DNA of 64,000 bases from an uncultured Spirochaetaceae bacterium (GCA_964565565.1 CAZMFM010000003.1:37774-101773), one strand, 5' to 3'. Shown: positions 17,489 to 25,985, counted from the first letter of the stretch. The notes: generated by a model not told the origin, from the sequence alone. Numbers and translations: made by a program.

Positions 17489-18506
17489 CTGTACCGTCCA
17501 GACATCTGCGCAGTGGCGCGCTGATCGCCCTGGCCTCTTCGATTCGCCGTGTGCCGTATTCGATCGCGGGATGGGATTGGTCCAGGATCGCCGCGCGGTA
17601 CGCGGGTCGAGCCTTCAATCGCGCCCAATATTGCTCGACCCCCGGCCGCTTTCCGTCTCCAAAGAACGCGGCCTCCGCATCGGCCTGGCGCAAACGCTCG
17701 AGAATGACCAACCAACTCACATCCGCCAGGGAATACATTTCGCCAAGAATCCATGGCCCCCCGCTTTTCGCGAGCTGTGATTCCAGCGCGTCGAGATGAA
17801 TCCCCATCTCGCGACGACTCGCCGCGATCACCTTCACGGCCGGGGCCATCTTCGCGAGATTCTCGATCCCCCGAAGCTTGAAGAAGATGAACATCATCGG
17901 GCGCTTCTTGTCGAAATGGAAGAACAACCCTTCGGCAATGCGCCAATACGGGATCTTCTCGACCATGGTAAAGAAAAGCGGAAGCGTGAGACCAGGCACC
18001 GCATTGCCCGCCGTCTTGTCCGCATTCGCAAGCGGATCGTCGGTCAGCGACGACCGATCGATCCAATCTTCCATCTCTTTTCGCAGACTCGGATCGTCCG
18101 GAATGAGCGCGGGCACACCGTCGGTTGCGAACTTCGCGGCATAGCGAATCTGTTCGTGGGACTCGTAGATCGGATGGCCGTGATGCAACAGGACCGGGAC
18201 CGTTCCAGCCGGATTGACCGCCAACAAACGCGGGCGAATATTCTCGTAACACCCGGTCTCGATCAAATCGATCTGATGACTCCGATAGGGCACACCCAAC
18301 TCAGCGAGGCAAAGGCGCGTCTTCATCGAACAAAGCGAAAGCGCGTTGTGGTAGAGCTCGAAGTCCTCTTCATGGAGGAATTCGATGTCGGGCTGATAGC
18401 CGGGCAAAACAGGGTGGGTCTTTCGCCGCTGTTTCTCGACCAGCCAGATGGTCAGCGCGGCTCCGGCCAGGAAGCCAACCAACACGAGCCCCTCGATCCA
18501 TGTCAT
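17475..18506 (-). CDS. Glutathione S-transferase family protein with N-terminal membrane anchor
   Basis: Thioredoxin-like GST N domain (ELYHNALSLCSMKTRLCLAELGVPY..NPAGTVPVLLHHGHPIYESHEQIRY) and a helical C domain. Start at ATG 18506 (MTWIEGLVLVGFLAGAALTIWL). The 3' end overlaps the next gene by 14 nt. Confidence 0.7.
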   Translation of the reverse strand: MTWIEGLVLVGFLAGAALTIWLVEKQRRKTHPVLPGYQPDIEFLHEEDFELYHNALSLCSMKTRLCLAELGVPYRSHQIDLIETGCYENIRPRLLAVNPAGTVPVLLHHGHPIYESHEQIRYAAKFATDGVPALIPDDPSLRKEMEDWIDRSSLTDDPLANADKTAGNAVPGLTLPLFFTMVEKIPYWRIAEGLFFHFDKKRPMMFIFFKLRGIENLAKMAPAVKVIAASRREMGIHLDALESQLAKSGGPWILGEMYSLADVSWLVILERLRQADAEAAFFGDGKRPGVEQYWARLKARPAYRAAILDQSHPAIEYGTRRIEEARAISAPLRRCLDGTDETR

Positions 18507-18566
18507 CCAGGCATCCTTGTCCGCGGCACCCGCAGCCACCCGCAATGCCGAATGGGGGCCTCTTTC

Positions 18567-19649
18567 CTATCCACCGATCTGGTACATCTCCACGCGCGCC
18601 CGCCTGCGCTCGGCGGTCCCTTCGATCTGGAGAAGCCCCTGCCGGTCTTCGCTGTAGCGATCAGTGCGCGCCTTCCAGGTCGAGGCGATCAATTCGCGCA
18701 GCGCGTCATCGTCGGCACCGTCGCGCATGGGACCGCGCAAGTCGACACCGCCATCGGCGAAGAGGCAGGTCACCAGGGCTCCCTCGGTCGTTAGGCGAGC
18801 CCGGGTGCAATCGCCGCAGAAGGGAGCGGATACGCTCGTGATGACGCCGATCTCGCCACCCCCATCGAGATAACGCCAACGCCGGGCCACCTCGCCCGGG
18901 TAGCTCGGGGAGACGGGTTCGAGGGGATACTCGGCAGAGACTCTCTCAATGATCTCGGCCCCCTCGACGACCTCGGCCATCTCCCACTGATTTCGCGTGC
19001 CGACGTCCATGAATTCGATGAAGCGCAGGACATGGCCCGTGCCACGAAAATGTTTCGCGAGTTCGACCAGGCCGTCGTCGTTCACGCCGCGTTGCACGAC
19101 ACAATTGATCTTGAGCGGACCGAGGCCGGCTTCTTCGGCGGAGGCGATGCCGTCGAGGACGCGGGCGACATCGAAGCGCTCGCCGTTCGTCTTGTGGAAG
19201 ATCTCCGGATCGAGACTGTCGAGAGAGACGGTTACGCGCGAGAGCCCGGCCTGTGCAAGGGACTTGGCGAAGCGCGGCAAGAGTGAGCCGTTGGTCGTCA
19301 TCGCCACATCGAGCACTTGCGGAGGTCGATTGACGCTTTCGGTCTCGTCGCCCGGACCGCCTCCAATTCCAACTAGTCGTTCGATCAGGTCGCATACGTC
19401 ATGCCGCAATAGGGGTTCGCCGCCGGTAATCCGCAGCTTCTGCACGCCGAAACCGACAAAGAGCCGAACCAATCGTTCGATCTCCTCGAAGGTCAGGATC
19501 TCCTCGCGCGGCAAGAATTGGTAGCGCTCGCCGAAGAGCTCAGCGGGCATGCAATAGGGGCAACGAAAATTGCAGCGGTCCGTCACCGAGATTCGAAGAT
19601 CGCGAAGCGGACGATCGAATTGATCGATGATTTGATTCGAGGTGCTCAA
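18567..19649 (-). CDS. moaA: GTP 3',8-cyclase MoaA (radical SAM)
   Basis: LRISVTDRCNFRCPYCMP.. radical-SAM CxxxCxxC, ..LRITGGEPLLR.. and the C-terminal CGDCTRARLTTEG second cluster motif. Confidence 0.95.
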   Translation of the reverse strand: MSTSNQIIDQFDRPLRDLRISVTDRCNFRCPYCMPAELFGERYQFLPREEILTFEEIERLVRLFVGFGVQKLRITGGEPLLRHDVCDLIERLVGIGGGPGDETESVNRPPQVLDVAMTTNGSLLPRFAKSLAQAGLSRVTVSLDSLDPEIFHKTNGERFDVARVLDGIASAEEAGLGPLKINCVVQRGVNDDGLVELAKHFRGTGHVLRFIEFMDVGTRNQWEMAEVVEGAEIIERVSAEYPLEPVSPSYPGEVARRWRYLDGGGEIGVITSVSAPFCGDCTRARLTTEGALVTCLFADGGVDLRGPMRDGADDDALRELIASTWKARTDRYSEDRQGLLQIEGTAERRRARVEMYQIGG

Positions 19650-19673
19650 GGCGGGGGGTCACTCCTAATCTTG

Positions 19674-19683
19674 ACCGATCGGT
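19674..19683. promoter_or_regulatory. Perfect 10-bp palindrome ACCGATCGGT in the moaA / Rrf2 divergent promoter region (candidate operator)
   Basis: Located in the 56-nt gap between moaA (start 19649, minus strand) and the Rrf2 regulator (start 19706, plus strand). Confidence 0.3.
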
Positions 19684-19705
19684 ATTCTATCGTAGGATCC
19701 CGTCG

Positions 19706-20230
19706 ATGCATCTCTTGGCGCGTGAAGAAACGGGGCTCCGATGCCTCCTCCGAGTCGCACTCGAAGGCAAGCGGGGTGCACCCGTGTCGATCGCCCAGAT
19801 CGCCGCCCAGGAGGACATTTCGGGTGTCTACGCGGCGAAACTCATGCGCCAGCTCCGCCTCGCCCGGCTCGTCGACAGCACGCGGGGCGCAGCCGGCGGC
19901 TACCTGCTCGCACGTTCGGCCGAGCAGATCACGGTCTGGGATGCGATCCGAGCCTTGGACGACCATTTCCTTCCGGCGACGCATTGCGATTGTGATCCCG
20001 GCGACCGCATCGATTGTCGGCGCACGACCGATTGCGCAATTTCCTCGCTTTGGCGCCGCCTCGGCAATGAGATCAAACGGGAACTCTCGGCCATCACGCT
20101 CGAAGAACTTTGTGGCGGCTCCCTCGATCAACCCGATCGCGTTTCGCTTCCCCTCGCCTCGCCTGCTTCGATGACACCGGCGGCGAAAACCACCCAAAGG
20201 AGCGCGACATCATGGCGATACTCGACCTGA
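19706..20230 (+). CDS. Rrf2 family transcriptional regulator (Cys-rich, probable Fe-S sensing)
   Basis: Winged HTH (VSIAQIAAQEDISGVYAAKLMRQLRLARLVDSTRGAAGGYLLAR) and a Cys cluster (HCDCDPGDRIDCRRTTDC). Confidence 0.85.
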   Translation: MHLLAREETGLRCLLRVALEGKRGAPVSIAQIAAQEDISGVYAAKLMRQLRLARLVDSTRGAAGGYLLARSAEQITVWDAIRALDDHFLPATHCDCDPGDRIDCRRTTDCAISSLWRRLGNEIKRELSAITLEELCGGSLDQPDRVSLPLASPASMTPAAKTTQRSATSWRYST

Positions 20231-20541
20231 CCGAAGCGGCCGCCGAGAAGGCCAAGAAATTGCTGGCCGCCAGTCCTCAACCGGACGGCGCACTCAGGGT
20301 GGCCGTCCGCAACGGCGGTTGCAGTGGGATGCGATACGAATTGCTCTTCGACGGCGATCTTCGCGAGGACGACACCGAGTTGGAATTCTTCGGGCTACGC
20401 GTATTCGTCGATGCCGAAAGCGCGGGCTTCCTCGACAACATCACGATCGATTTCTCAGAAGAGCTGAACGACGCCGGATTCAAGATCCAGAATCCCAACG
20501 CCAGCGAAACCTGCGGCTGCGGCGAGAGCTTCGCGCTTTGA
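20212..20541 (+). CDS. Iron-sulfur cluster insertion/assembly protein, IscA/ErpA (HesB) family
   Basis: LRVAVRNGGCSGMRYEL.. and the C-terminal ..ETCGCGESFAL motif. AAAGGAG Shine-Dalgarno upstream of ATG 20212. Overlaps the Rrf2 gene by 19 nt. Confidence 0.9.
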   Translation: MAILDLTEAAAEKAKKLLAASPQPDGALRVAVRNGGCSGMRYELLFDGDLREDDTELEFFGLRVFVDAESAGFLDNITIDFSEELNDAGFKIQNPNASETCGCGESFAL

Positions 20542-20603
20542 TCTGAGTTCGAACGGGACTTGGTTTGCCTCGGCCGAGCGGCTCGCCTTGGTTGAACCCG
20601 ACG

Positions 20604-21266
20604 TCAGACGATTTCCGTCGCCCGGGTCACGACCTGCCCGACGAGTCCGTAGGCCTGCGCCTCGCTCGCGTCCATCCAGAAATTTCGGTCGCTATCCTGG
20701 GTCACACGATCAACTGTCTGACCCGTCTCGTCTGCGATCAGCGTATTCAGCCGACTTCGCACCTTGAGAATTTCTTCCGCCTCGATCCGGATATCGCTCG
20801 CCTGACCTCCGGCGCCCCCGGTTGGCTGGTGCAGCAAGAACCGGGTATGGGGCAGCGAAAAACGCCGCTCTTTGGGCGCACCGAAAAGTACAGGGACCGC
20901 GATGCTGGCAACCCAGCCAGCGCCGATCGTCGTGATCGGTGACTCGATGAAACGAAGCATGTCGTGGATCGCAAATCCGGAATCCACATGGCCACCCTGC
21001 GAAGTAATCATGACGCGAATCGGCTCGTGGCTCTCGGCATCGAGAATCAAGAGTTGCATGATCGTCTTCTCGGCGAGTTTTTCGTCGACCGCCCCGGAGA
21101 CGAGAACCGTCCGGGTCTTCAACATCCGCAGGCCAATCCCTTCCTGGGCTGCCTCTGCCTTCTCCGTCTGATCCGCCATGATTCGTGTCACGCTCCTCGT
21201 CTCGCCCTTCAATTCACCGATGCCATCGAGGACACCGCCCCCGCTCATACCGCTCGTGCTTCCCAC
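20604..21266 (-). CDS. clpP: ClpP-family serine protease (paralogue; start uncertain)
   Basis: Ser/His/Asp contexts are present (GAGWVASIA, FLLHQPTGG, DSDRNFWM). The N-terminus is atypical. GTG 21266, ATG 21248 or ATG 21179 are all possible starts. Confidence 0.8.
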   Translation of the reverse strand: MGSTSGMSGGGVLDGIGELKGETRSVTRIMADQTEKAEAAQEGIGLRMLKTRTVLVSGAVDEKLAEKTIMQLLILDAESHEPIRVMITSQGGHVDSGFAIHDMLRFIESPITTIGAGWVASIAVPVLFGAPKERRFSLPHTRFLLHQPTGGAGGQASDIRIEAEEILKVRSRLNTLIADETGQTVDRVTQDSDRNFWMDASEAQAYGLVGQVVTRATEIV

Positions 21267-21285
21267 TCTCTTCCCCCGGACTTCC

Positions 21286-21369
21286 TTTGGCTGCCTTGGG
21301 CTGCCATGGGCTCCCTTTGGTTCCTCTTGTTCTTCCTTGGCTTCGCGTGTCTTTTCTTGGCTTCACGTG
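21286..21369. repeat. Phased (~10-bp and 20-bp period) TGGCT-containing repeats in the clpP / acyl-CoA synthetase intergenic region
   Basis: tttggctgcc / ttgggctgcc / atgggctccc / tttggttcct occur at 10-bp spacing. CTTGGCTTCGCGTG (21336-21349) and CTTGGCTTCACGTG (21356-21369) are 20 bp apart. Confidence 0.7.
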
Positions 21370-21553
21370 ATCCCCAGCCGCGCGGGGCCACGCGCGCCGA
21401 CTTCGCTTCCGCACACACTTCGCGCCAAACGCCTCAGGTCGCCAAGCGGGCCGAATGCTAGCAGCCCGATGCACGCGCGGTCGGATCGAATTCACGGACG
21501 TCGACTCTCCCATCCGCCGAGCGGGATGACTACACTGGGGATTCCGAGCGCTC

Positions 21554-21590
21554 GCGTCCTGTGCCCTGCGTCCTGTGTCCTTTGTCCTTA
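21554..21590. repeat. GTCCT-type short direct repeats upstream of the acyl-CoA synthetase start
   Basis: gcgtcctgtg ccct gcgtcctgtg tcctttg tcctta. The 10-mer GCGTCCTGTG occurs twice, 14 bp apart, followed by two degenerate TCCTT units. Confidence 0.7.
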
Positions 21591-21656
21591 TATCCCGTGT
21601 CGGCCACGGAAGCGCGCCGATCGATCCAACTCGCTCGACCCGAGGAACATCATCCC

Positions 21657-23243
21657 ATGGAAGTCCCCCTACTCGTCACCGATTTCTTGCGCCGCGCCGT
21701 CTCCCTCTATCCCGACAAGGTGGCTGTCATCGACGGCGCAAACCGGTTCAGTTACCGCGAACTCGATGAACGCGTCGACCGATTATCCAACGCGCTGCTC
21801 GATCTTGGCCTCGAACGCGGCGATCACGTCTGCATCCTGAGTCCCAATTCCCATTTCTTTCTCGAGAGTTTCTACGCCACGGCGCAGATCGGGCTCGTCC
21901 TGGTTCCCCTGAACTATCGACTCGTAGCCGCCGATCACGAATACATCTTGAATCATGCCGGCGTCAGCGCTGTGCTCGTCGACTGGGAATACGCCGCCGT
22001 CGTCGACGAGATCCGCGAGGCACTACCTAAAGTCCGTCATTGGATCGTTGCGCAGGATGAAGGCGACCCGCCAGAGGGCTGGCAATCGTGGAACGCGCTA
22101 CTCGAAAAGGCGAGTCCACAAAAGCCCGAACTCCCGGACATCGGCGAGAACGAACTCGTCTCGATCAACTACACGTCGGGTACGACGAGCCGCCCGAAAG
22201 GCGTCATGATGACGCATCGGAATTGCTATCTGAACGCCTACAACATGATTGCGCACATGAGTATTCGTCACGACGATATCGAACTCTGGACGCTACCCAT
22301 GTTCCACTGCAACGGTTGGGGCGGCGTCTACGCGCTGACCGGCATGGCCGGGACCCATGTCATTCTGAGAACGATCGACGGTGAGGAAATCTATCGCCTG
22401 CTTTCGAAAGAGCAGATCACCTTCGCGTGCATGGCCCCCGCGGTGCTGCGAACGGTTCTGGACTATCCGGACAAGGATCGCTTCGAGATCGACTCGTCTC
22501 CGCGGTTCGTCGTCGCCGGCGCACCGCCCCCGGCCGCGTTCATCGAACGTCTCGAAAGCGAATTGGGGTTCGAGTTCATTCAACTCTACGGACTGACCGA
22601 AACCGCTCCTCTCCTCACCGTCTCCCGCCCAGATGCCACGACGACGAAGGACGATTGGCCGCGACGTGCGCGGGCCGGTGTCGCTGGCATCGGTGTCGAC
22701 CTGAAAGTCCTCGCGGAAGACGGCCAACCCGTTCCCAAGGACGGCACATCGGTCGGCGAAATCTGCGCCCGTTCAAACGTCGTCTTCGCCGGCTACTACG
22801 AGCAACCTGAACAAACGGCTGAGGCTGTCTACGACGGTTATTTTCATACCGGTGATCTCGCCGTCTGGGACGAGTTCGAAAATATCCACATCGTCGACCG
22901 AAAGAAGGACGTGATCATCTCCGGCGGCGAAAATATCAGCAGCCCGGAAATCGAGGACTGCCTTTATCAGCATGCCGGCGTGCTCGAATGTGCGGTGATC
23001 GGCATTCCTCACGAAAAATGGGGAGAAACGCCGGTGGCCTTAGTCGTTCGACGGGAGGCCGGCAGCGAAGGCGATGGTATCAGCGAGGAAGAGTTGATCG
23101 CCTTTTGCCGCGACAGAATGGCCCACTTCAAATGCCCGACCGCGATTCGCTTCGTCGATGCGTTGCCGCGAACCGTCACCGGGAAGCTCCAGAAATACAA
23201 ACTTCGAGAGAGTTTCTGGGACGGTGATCGCCGGATCAACTGA
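21657..23243 (+). CDS. AMP-dependent acyl-CoA synthetase/ligase
   Basis: AMP-binding motif INYTSGTTSRPKGVMMTH, ..YGLTET.., ..TGDLAVWDEFENIHIVDRKKDVIISGGENISS... Start at ATG 21657 with GAGGA upstream. Confidence 0.9.
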   Translation: MEVPLLVTDFLRRAVSLYPDKVAVIDGANRFSYRELDERVDRLSNALLDLGLERGDHVCILSPNSHFFLESFYATAQIGLVLVPLNYRLVAADHEYILNHAGVSAVLVDWEYAAVVDEIREALPKVRHWIVAQDEGDPPEGWQSWNALLEKASPQKPELPDIGENELVSINYTSGTTSRPKGVMMTHRNCYLNAYNMIAHMSIRHDDIELWTLPMFHCNGWGGVYALTGMAGTHVILRTIDGEEIYRLLSKEQITFACMAPAVLRTVLDYPDKDRFEIDSSPRFVVAGAPPPAAFIERLESELGFEFIQLYGLTETAPLLTVSRPDATTTKDDWPRRARAGVAGIGVDLKVLAEDGQPVPKDGTSVGEICARSNVVFAGYYEQPEQTAEAVYDGYFHTGDLAVWDEFENIHIVDRKKDVIISGGENISSPEIEDCLYQHAGVLECAVIGIPHEKWGETPVALVVRREAGSEGDGISEEELIAFCRDRMAHFKCPTAIRFVDALPRTVTGKLQKYKLRESFWDGDRRIN

Positions 23244-23335
23244 ATGCGGCGCGGGCCAAGGAGCACACTCGCGTCCGCCTCGGCCGCCGGCATGAATTGA
23301 GCGCCGGGGAAACGGGGAAAGTCGGTCGGCGGGAA

Positions 23336-23665
23336 TCAGCTGGCGAGAAGCTGCTTAAAAATTTCGAAGGATTCTCGTTCTTCTTCGGCGATTTCCCCGT
23401 CGGCGCTGATTAAACCTTCGATCGCCTCGACGAAGAAGCGGCGGTGGGCGGCGGGAATCGACGTCGGATCGAGATCGTCGAGTGCGGGCGGGCGGTCCAA
23501 CCATTGCTGAACCTGCAGGTCTTCTTCGTCGTCGAGACCGAGGCGACGGATCAAACGCGAAATAAAGACGCGTTCCTCGGGCTGGATCTCAAAATCTGCC
23601 CAGGCAAACGAGCAGACGAATTGGACCAGACGTAGGCGATCACGTCGGTCGAGTTCCTCGAGCAT
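23336..23665 (-). CDS. TerB-like (tellurite-resistance TerB family / co-chaperone-like) protein
   Basis: ..LVQFVCSFAWADFEIQPEERVFISRLIRRLGLD..FVEAIEGLISADGEIAEEERESFEIF. Start chosen at ATG 23665, preceded by AAGAGGA. The longer track ORF would translate the microsatellite as poly-Q. Confidence 0.6.
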   Translation of the reverse strand: MLEELDRRDRLRLVQFVCSFAWADFEIQPEERVFISRLIRRLGLDDEEDLQVQQWLDRPPALDDLDPTSIPAAHRRFFVEAIEGLISADGEIAEEERESFEIFKQLLAS

Positions 23666-23674
23666 CTCATCCTC

Positions 23675-23713
23675 TTGTTGTTGTTGTTGTTGTTGGAGTT
23701 GGAGTTGGAGTTG
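23675..23713. repeat. Compound microsatellite (TTG)7(GAGTTG)3; (CAACTC)3(CAA)7 on the coding strand of the TerB-like gene
   Basis: Read directly from the sequence: cttgttgttgttgttgttgttggagttggagttggagttgg. It ends 9 nt upstream of the ATG at 23665, abutting the AAGAGGA Shine-Dalgarno. Confidence 0.9.
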
Positions 23714-23999
23714 GGTTGCGGCAGGCGGAATCGCGAAAACGGCTTCGTCGTAGCCTGCCCTGCCCGGTGCGAACGAGGAGCATAAACGGATCACATTACT
23801 CACGCCAATCACCTCCCAATTTCATTCTGACACACCGTCAGCTGATTGACGCAATTTTTTGTCGCCCGAGCGCATATTCATGTTCGTCATACGGCGAAGT
23901 ACCGATTGGAACCCACCCCATACGTGTCGGTTCATGCCCAATTCGACAAAGAGGTGAGGAATAATCCACGCAGTCGTTCACCGACCACACGGCCGACCA

Positions 24000-25280
24000 C
24001 TAACGCGACTCGGCACTTGATCGCCTGGCCGCCCGTCGAGGTTCGACTCGCCTCATGCGAACAGGCCGGGCCGAAGGCGTCGCTTCATTCGAATCCGAGG
24101 GGGCGTTGCGGACTTCGCTACCTAACCAGCTGGCGATCAAGCTGAGCGAATGTTCATCGTCTCGAACGTGTGCAACGAGTGCCGTCGCGAGCGCCCGGGG
24201 CAGCGCATCGATCCCACGCGCTTCCAGGAAAACGTTCATTCGATCGCAATCCGCAACCGACGAGTCCGAAAGAGCTCCCTCTACCCATTCGATCCAATCG
24301 ATCTTCGAATCGACCCACTCGCCGGGGCCGTCCGCGTCACCCTCTCCCGCAGACGCCTTCGTCCGGCCTAGCACGAAGACACGCGAGTCCCCGAGCATTT
24401 CCAGCAACGGCGAGAGCATTGACGCGATCCCTTCCGGGGGCGAATCCCAGGCGTCGAACAGGAATGCGATCGGTTGATCGCGGCAGAGGGCGCTCAGCAA
24501 TTCAGCCGCGCCACGCAGGATCCGGCCTTCATATTGTCGCGCGGCGAGTGCGTCCGCAGCCCGGATGCCAGGGCACGCGCGCGGCGTGGCGTAACGCTCG
24601 AAGAGTTCATGTGATCGGACCGGGATCATCGATCGAAGCGAGTCGATTCCATGAATTTCGACCAGCGCTTCCAGCAATCGATCGACGAAATCGATACGAG
24701 AATCGCTCGCCACCACCCGATTCAAGGACCGAACGATCTCGAACCCTGAATCGCCGAGTGCCCGCACCGCCCACGCGTCGAGCACGCTCCATTCCGAATC
24801 AACCGCCCCGGTCACGATCGCACTACGAGGCCCGGAACACACCACAGCCTCGAACGAGGCACGGATCGAGTCCATCTGCCGTCCGAACGCTCCACCGCCT
24901 CCCTCACCCTCCGTCTCCATGGCATCTGCGACCTCGGCGGTTTTCGTCGCCTCACTCGACCCGTCACCCTCCTTCGCTTCAACACTCGCGACGAATTGGT
25001 AGCCTCGCGCATGGACCGTGCGAACGGATGAACGCCCTCGCCCTGCTTCGCCCAGGACCTGGCGCAACTCGTTGACGAGACCCGAAAGTGAGCCGGCCCC
25101 GACCGCGGTCGTTCCCCAGATCGCCAGAACCAGTTCATCTCGCAAGACCACCCGCTCGCGAGACCGCACGAGGAGGACGAGCAAATCGAAGACTTTCGGC
25201 CGAATGGCCAGGCGTCGATCATGCAGTCGAAGCTGAAATCGTTGTTCATCGAGTTCGAAGTCACTGAATCGAATAGCCAT
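24000..25280 (-). CDS. OmpR/PhoB-type winged-helix DNA-binding regulator with degenerate ATPase-like C-terminal domain
   Basis: N-terminal trans_reg_C domain (FELDEQRFQLRLHDRRLAIRPKVFDLLVLLV..RDELVLAIWG..VRTVHARGYQF). The C-terminal region resembles AAA/STAND regulators but has no GKS/T P-loop. Confidence 0.65.
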   Translation of the reverse strand: MAIRFSDFELDEQRFQLRLHDRRLAIRPKVFDLLVLLVRSRERVVLRDELVLAIWGTTAVGAGSLSGLVNELRQVLGEAGRGRSSVRTVHARGYQFVASVEAKEGDGSSEATKTAEVADAMETEGEGGGGAFGRQMDSIRASFEAVVCSGPRSAIVTGAVDSEWSVLDAWAVRALGDSGFEIVRSLNRVVASDSRIDFVDRLLEALVEIHGIDSLRSMIPVRSHELFERYATPRACPGIRAADALAARQYEGRILRGAAELLSALCRDQPIAFLFDAWDSPPEGIASMLSPLLEMLGDSRVFVLGRTKASAGEGDADGPGEWVDSKIDWIEWVEGALSDSSVADCDRMNVFLEARGIDALPRALATALVAHVRDDEHSLSLIASWLGSEVRNAPSDSNEATPSARPVRMRRVEPRRAARRSSAESR

Positions 25281-25445
25281 GAACGACGGTTGTACCACGC
25301 CCGCCTAACAAAGTAGAGGCAGGAATCGTCGAATTCTTATCGAATCTTGGGAGAGAAACGAGGACCTTGATGAAGAACGTGGGGCGATGCTGGAAGGCGG
25401 GGGAAAGAGAGGGGGGAAGCAGGGAGAAGACGCGTTCTCGTTTAG

Positions 25446-25985
25446 CTACCGACTCGGACCCGGCCCAGACTCGAGTGAGACATCGACCATCAACTCATCG
25501 GCCAGACGCTCCAGCGCACTCCGAATCTTCTCGAGCGGAACACCCTCAGGAGGAGCAAGTTCGGCCTGAGCGCGAAAGAGACGCTCACCGGACATCGGCG
25601 CGCTCTCGACCACAGTCCGCAGATCCTGCACGCTGACGCCGAGCCCCGCGAGAGCGCTCGAGATCTCGCGAACGATCCCGGGGCGATCCTGACCCACGAG
25701 CTCTAACCGAAAAGTATCACGGTGGTCAATACTGGCGAGTGCCCAATCACTGTCGACAACGCTCGCCGAGAGTCCACGCTCCGCGAGCGACCCAAGCGCC
25801 GCGACGAAGCCGTCCGCGCGCTCTTCGGGCAGATGGATCTGCACGACACCCGCAAAATGGCCAGCCAGTCGAGCCATACGACTCTCGTCCCAGCTGCCCT
25901 CGTGCTCCGCGATCAGTGCCGCCAAGGCCTCGACCAGGCCGGGCCGATCCTCCCCGATCACCGTCAGAACCAATACACGTGCCAT
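25446..25985 (-). CDS. Tandem ACT-domain protein, GcvR-like
   Basis: Two ACT repeats (VLVLTVIGEDRPGLVEALAALI.. and ..LELVGQDRPGIVREISSALAGLGV). ATG at 25985. Confidence 0.7.
   Translation of the reverse strand: MARVLVLTVIGEDRPGLVEALAALIAEHEGSWDESRMARLAGHFAGVVQIHLPEERADGFVAALGSLAERGLSASVVDSDWALASIDHRDTFRLELVGQDRPGIVREISSALAGLGVSVQDLRTVVESAPMSGERLFRAQAELAPPEGVPLEKIRSALERLADELMVDVSLESGPGPSR

Noticed and set aside
19650-19705. Possible molybdenum-cofactor riboswitch upstream of moaA.
   Set aside because: Only 56 nt separate moaA from the divergent Rrf2 gene, which is too short for the Moco RNA motif.
20212-20541. Checked selenoprotein candidates for in-frame TGA (Sec) codons, because selD is present. 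The families checked were the HesB/IscA-like protein, SCO/thioredoxin-fold protein and SelD itself.
   Set aside because: All the relevant redox positions are encoded by Cys codons (CGCGES, CPGPC, GCAAK). I saw no pair of same-frame ORFs split by a single TGA next to these genes.
23666-23812. Longer TerB-like ORF that would translate the microsatellite as LQLQLQQQQQQQ.
   Set aside because: The Shine-Dalgarno AAGAGGA sits immediately before ATG 23665, and the upstream residues lack any family similarity. I keep this as an alternative possibility in the microsatellite finding.
25392-25430. Roughly 40-nt polypurine tract (ggaaggcgggggaaagagaggggggaagcagggagaaga) between the ACT-domain gene and the winged-helix regulator.
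   Set aside because: It is conspicuous, but I see no repeat unit, pairing partner or coding role. It is most simply low-complexity spacer or promoter DNA. Triplex or H-DNA ideas are untestable from sequence alone.
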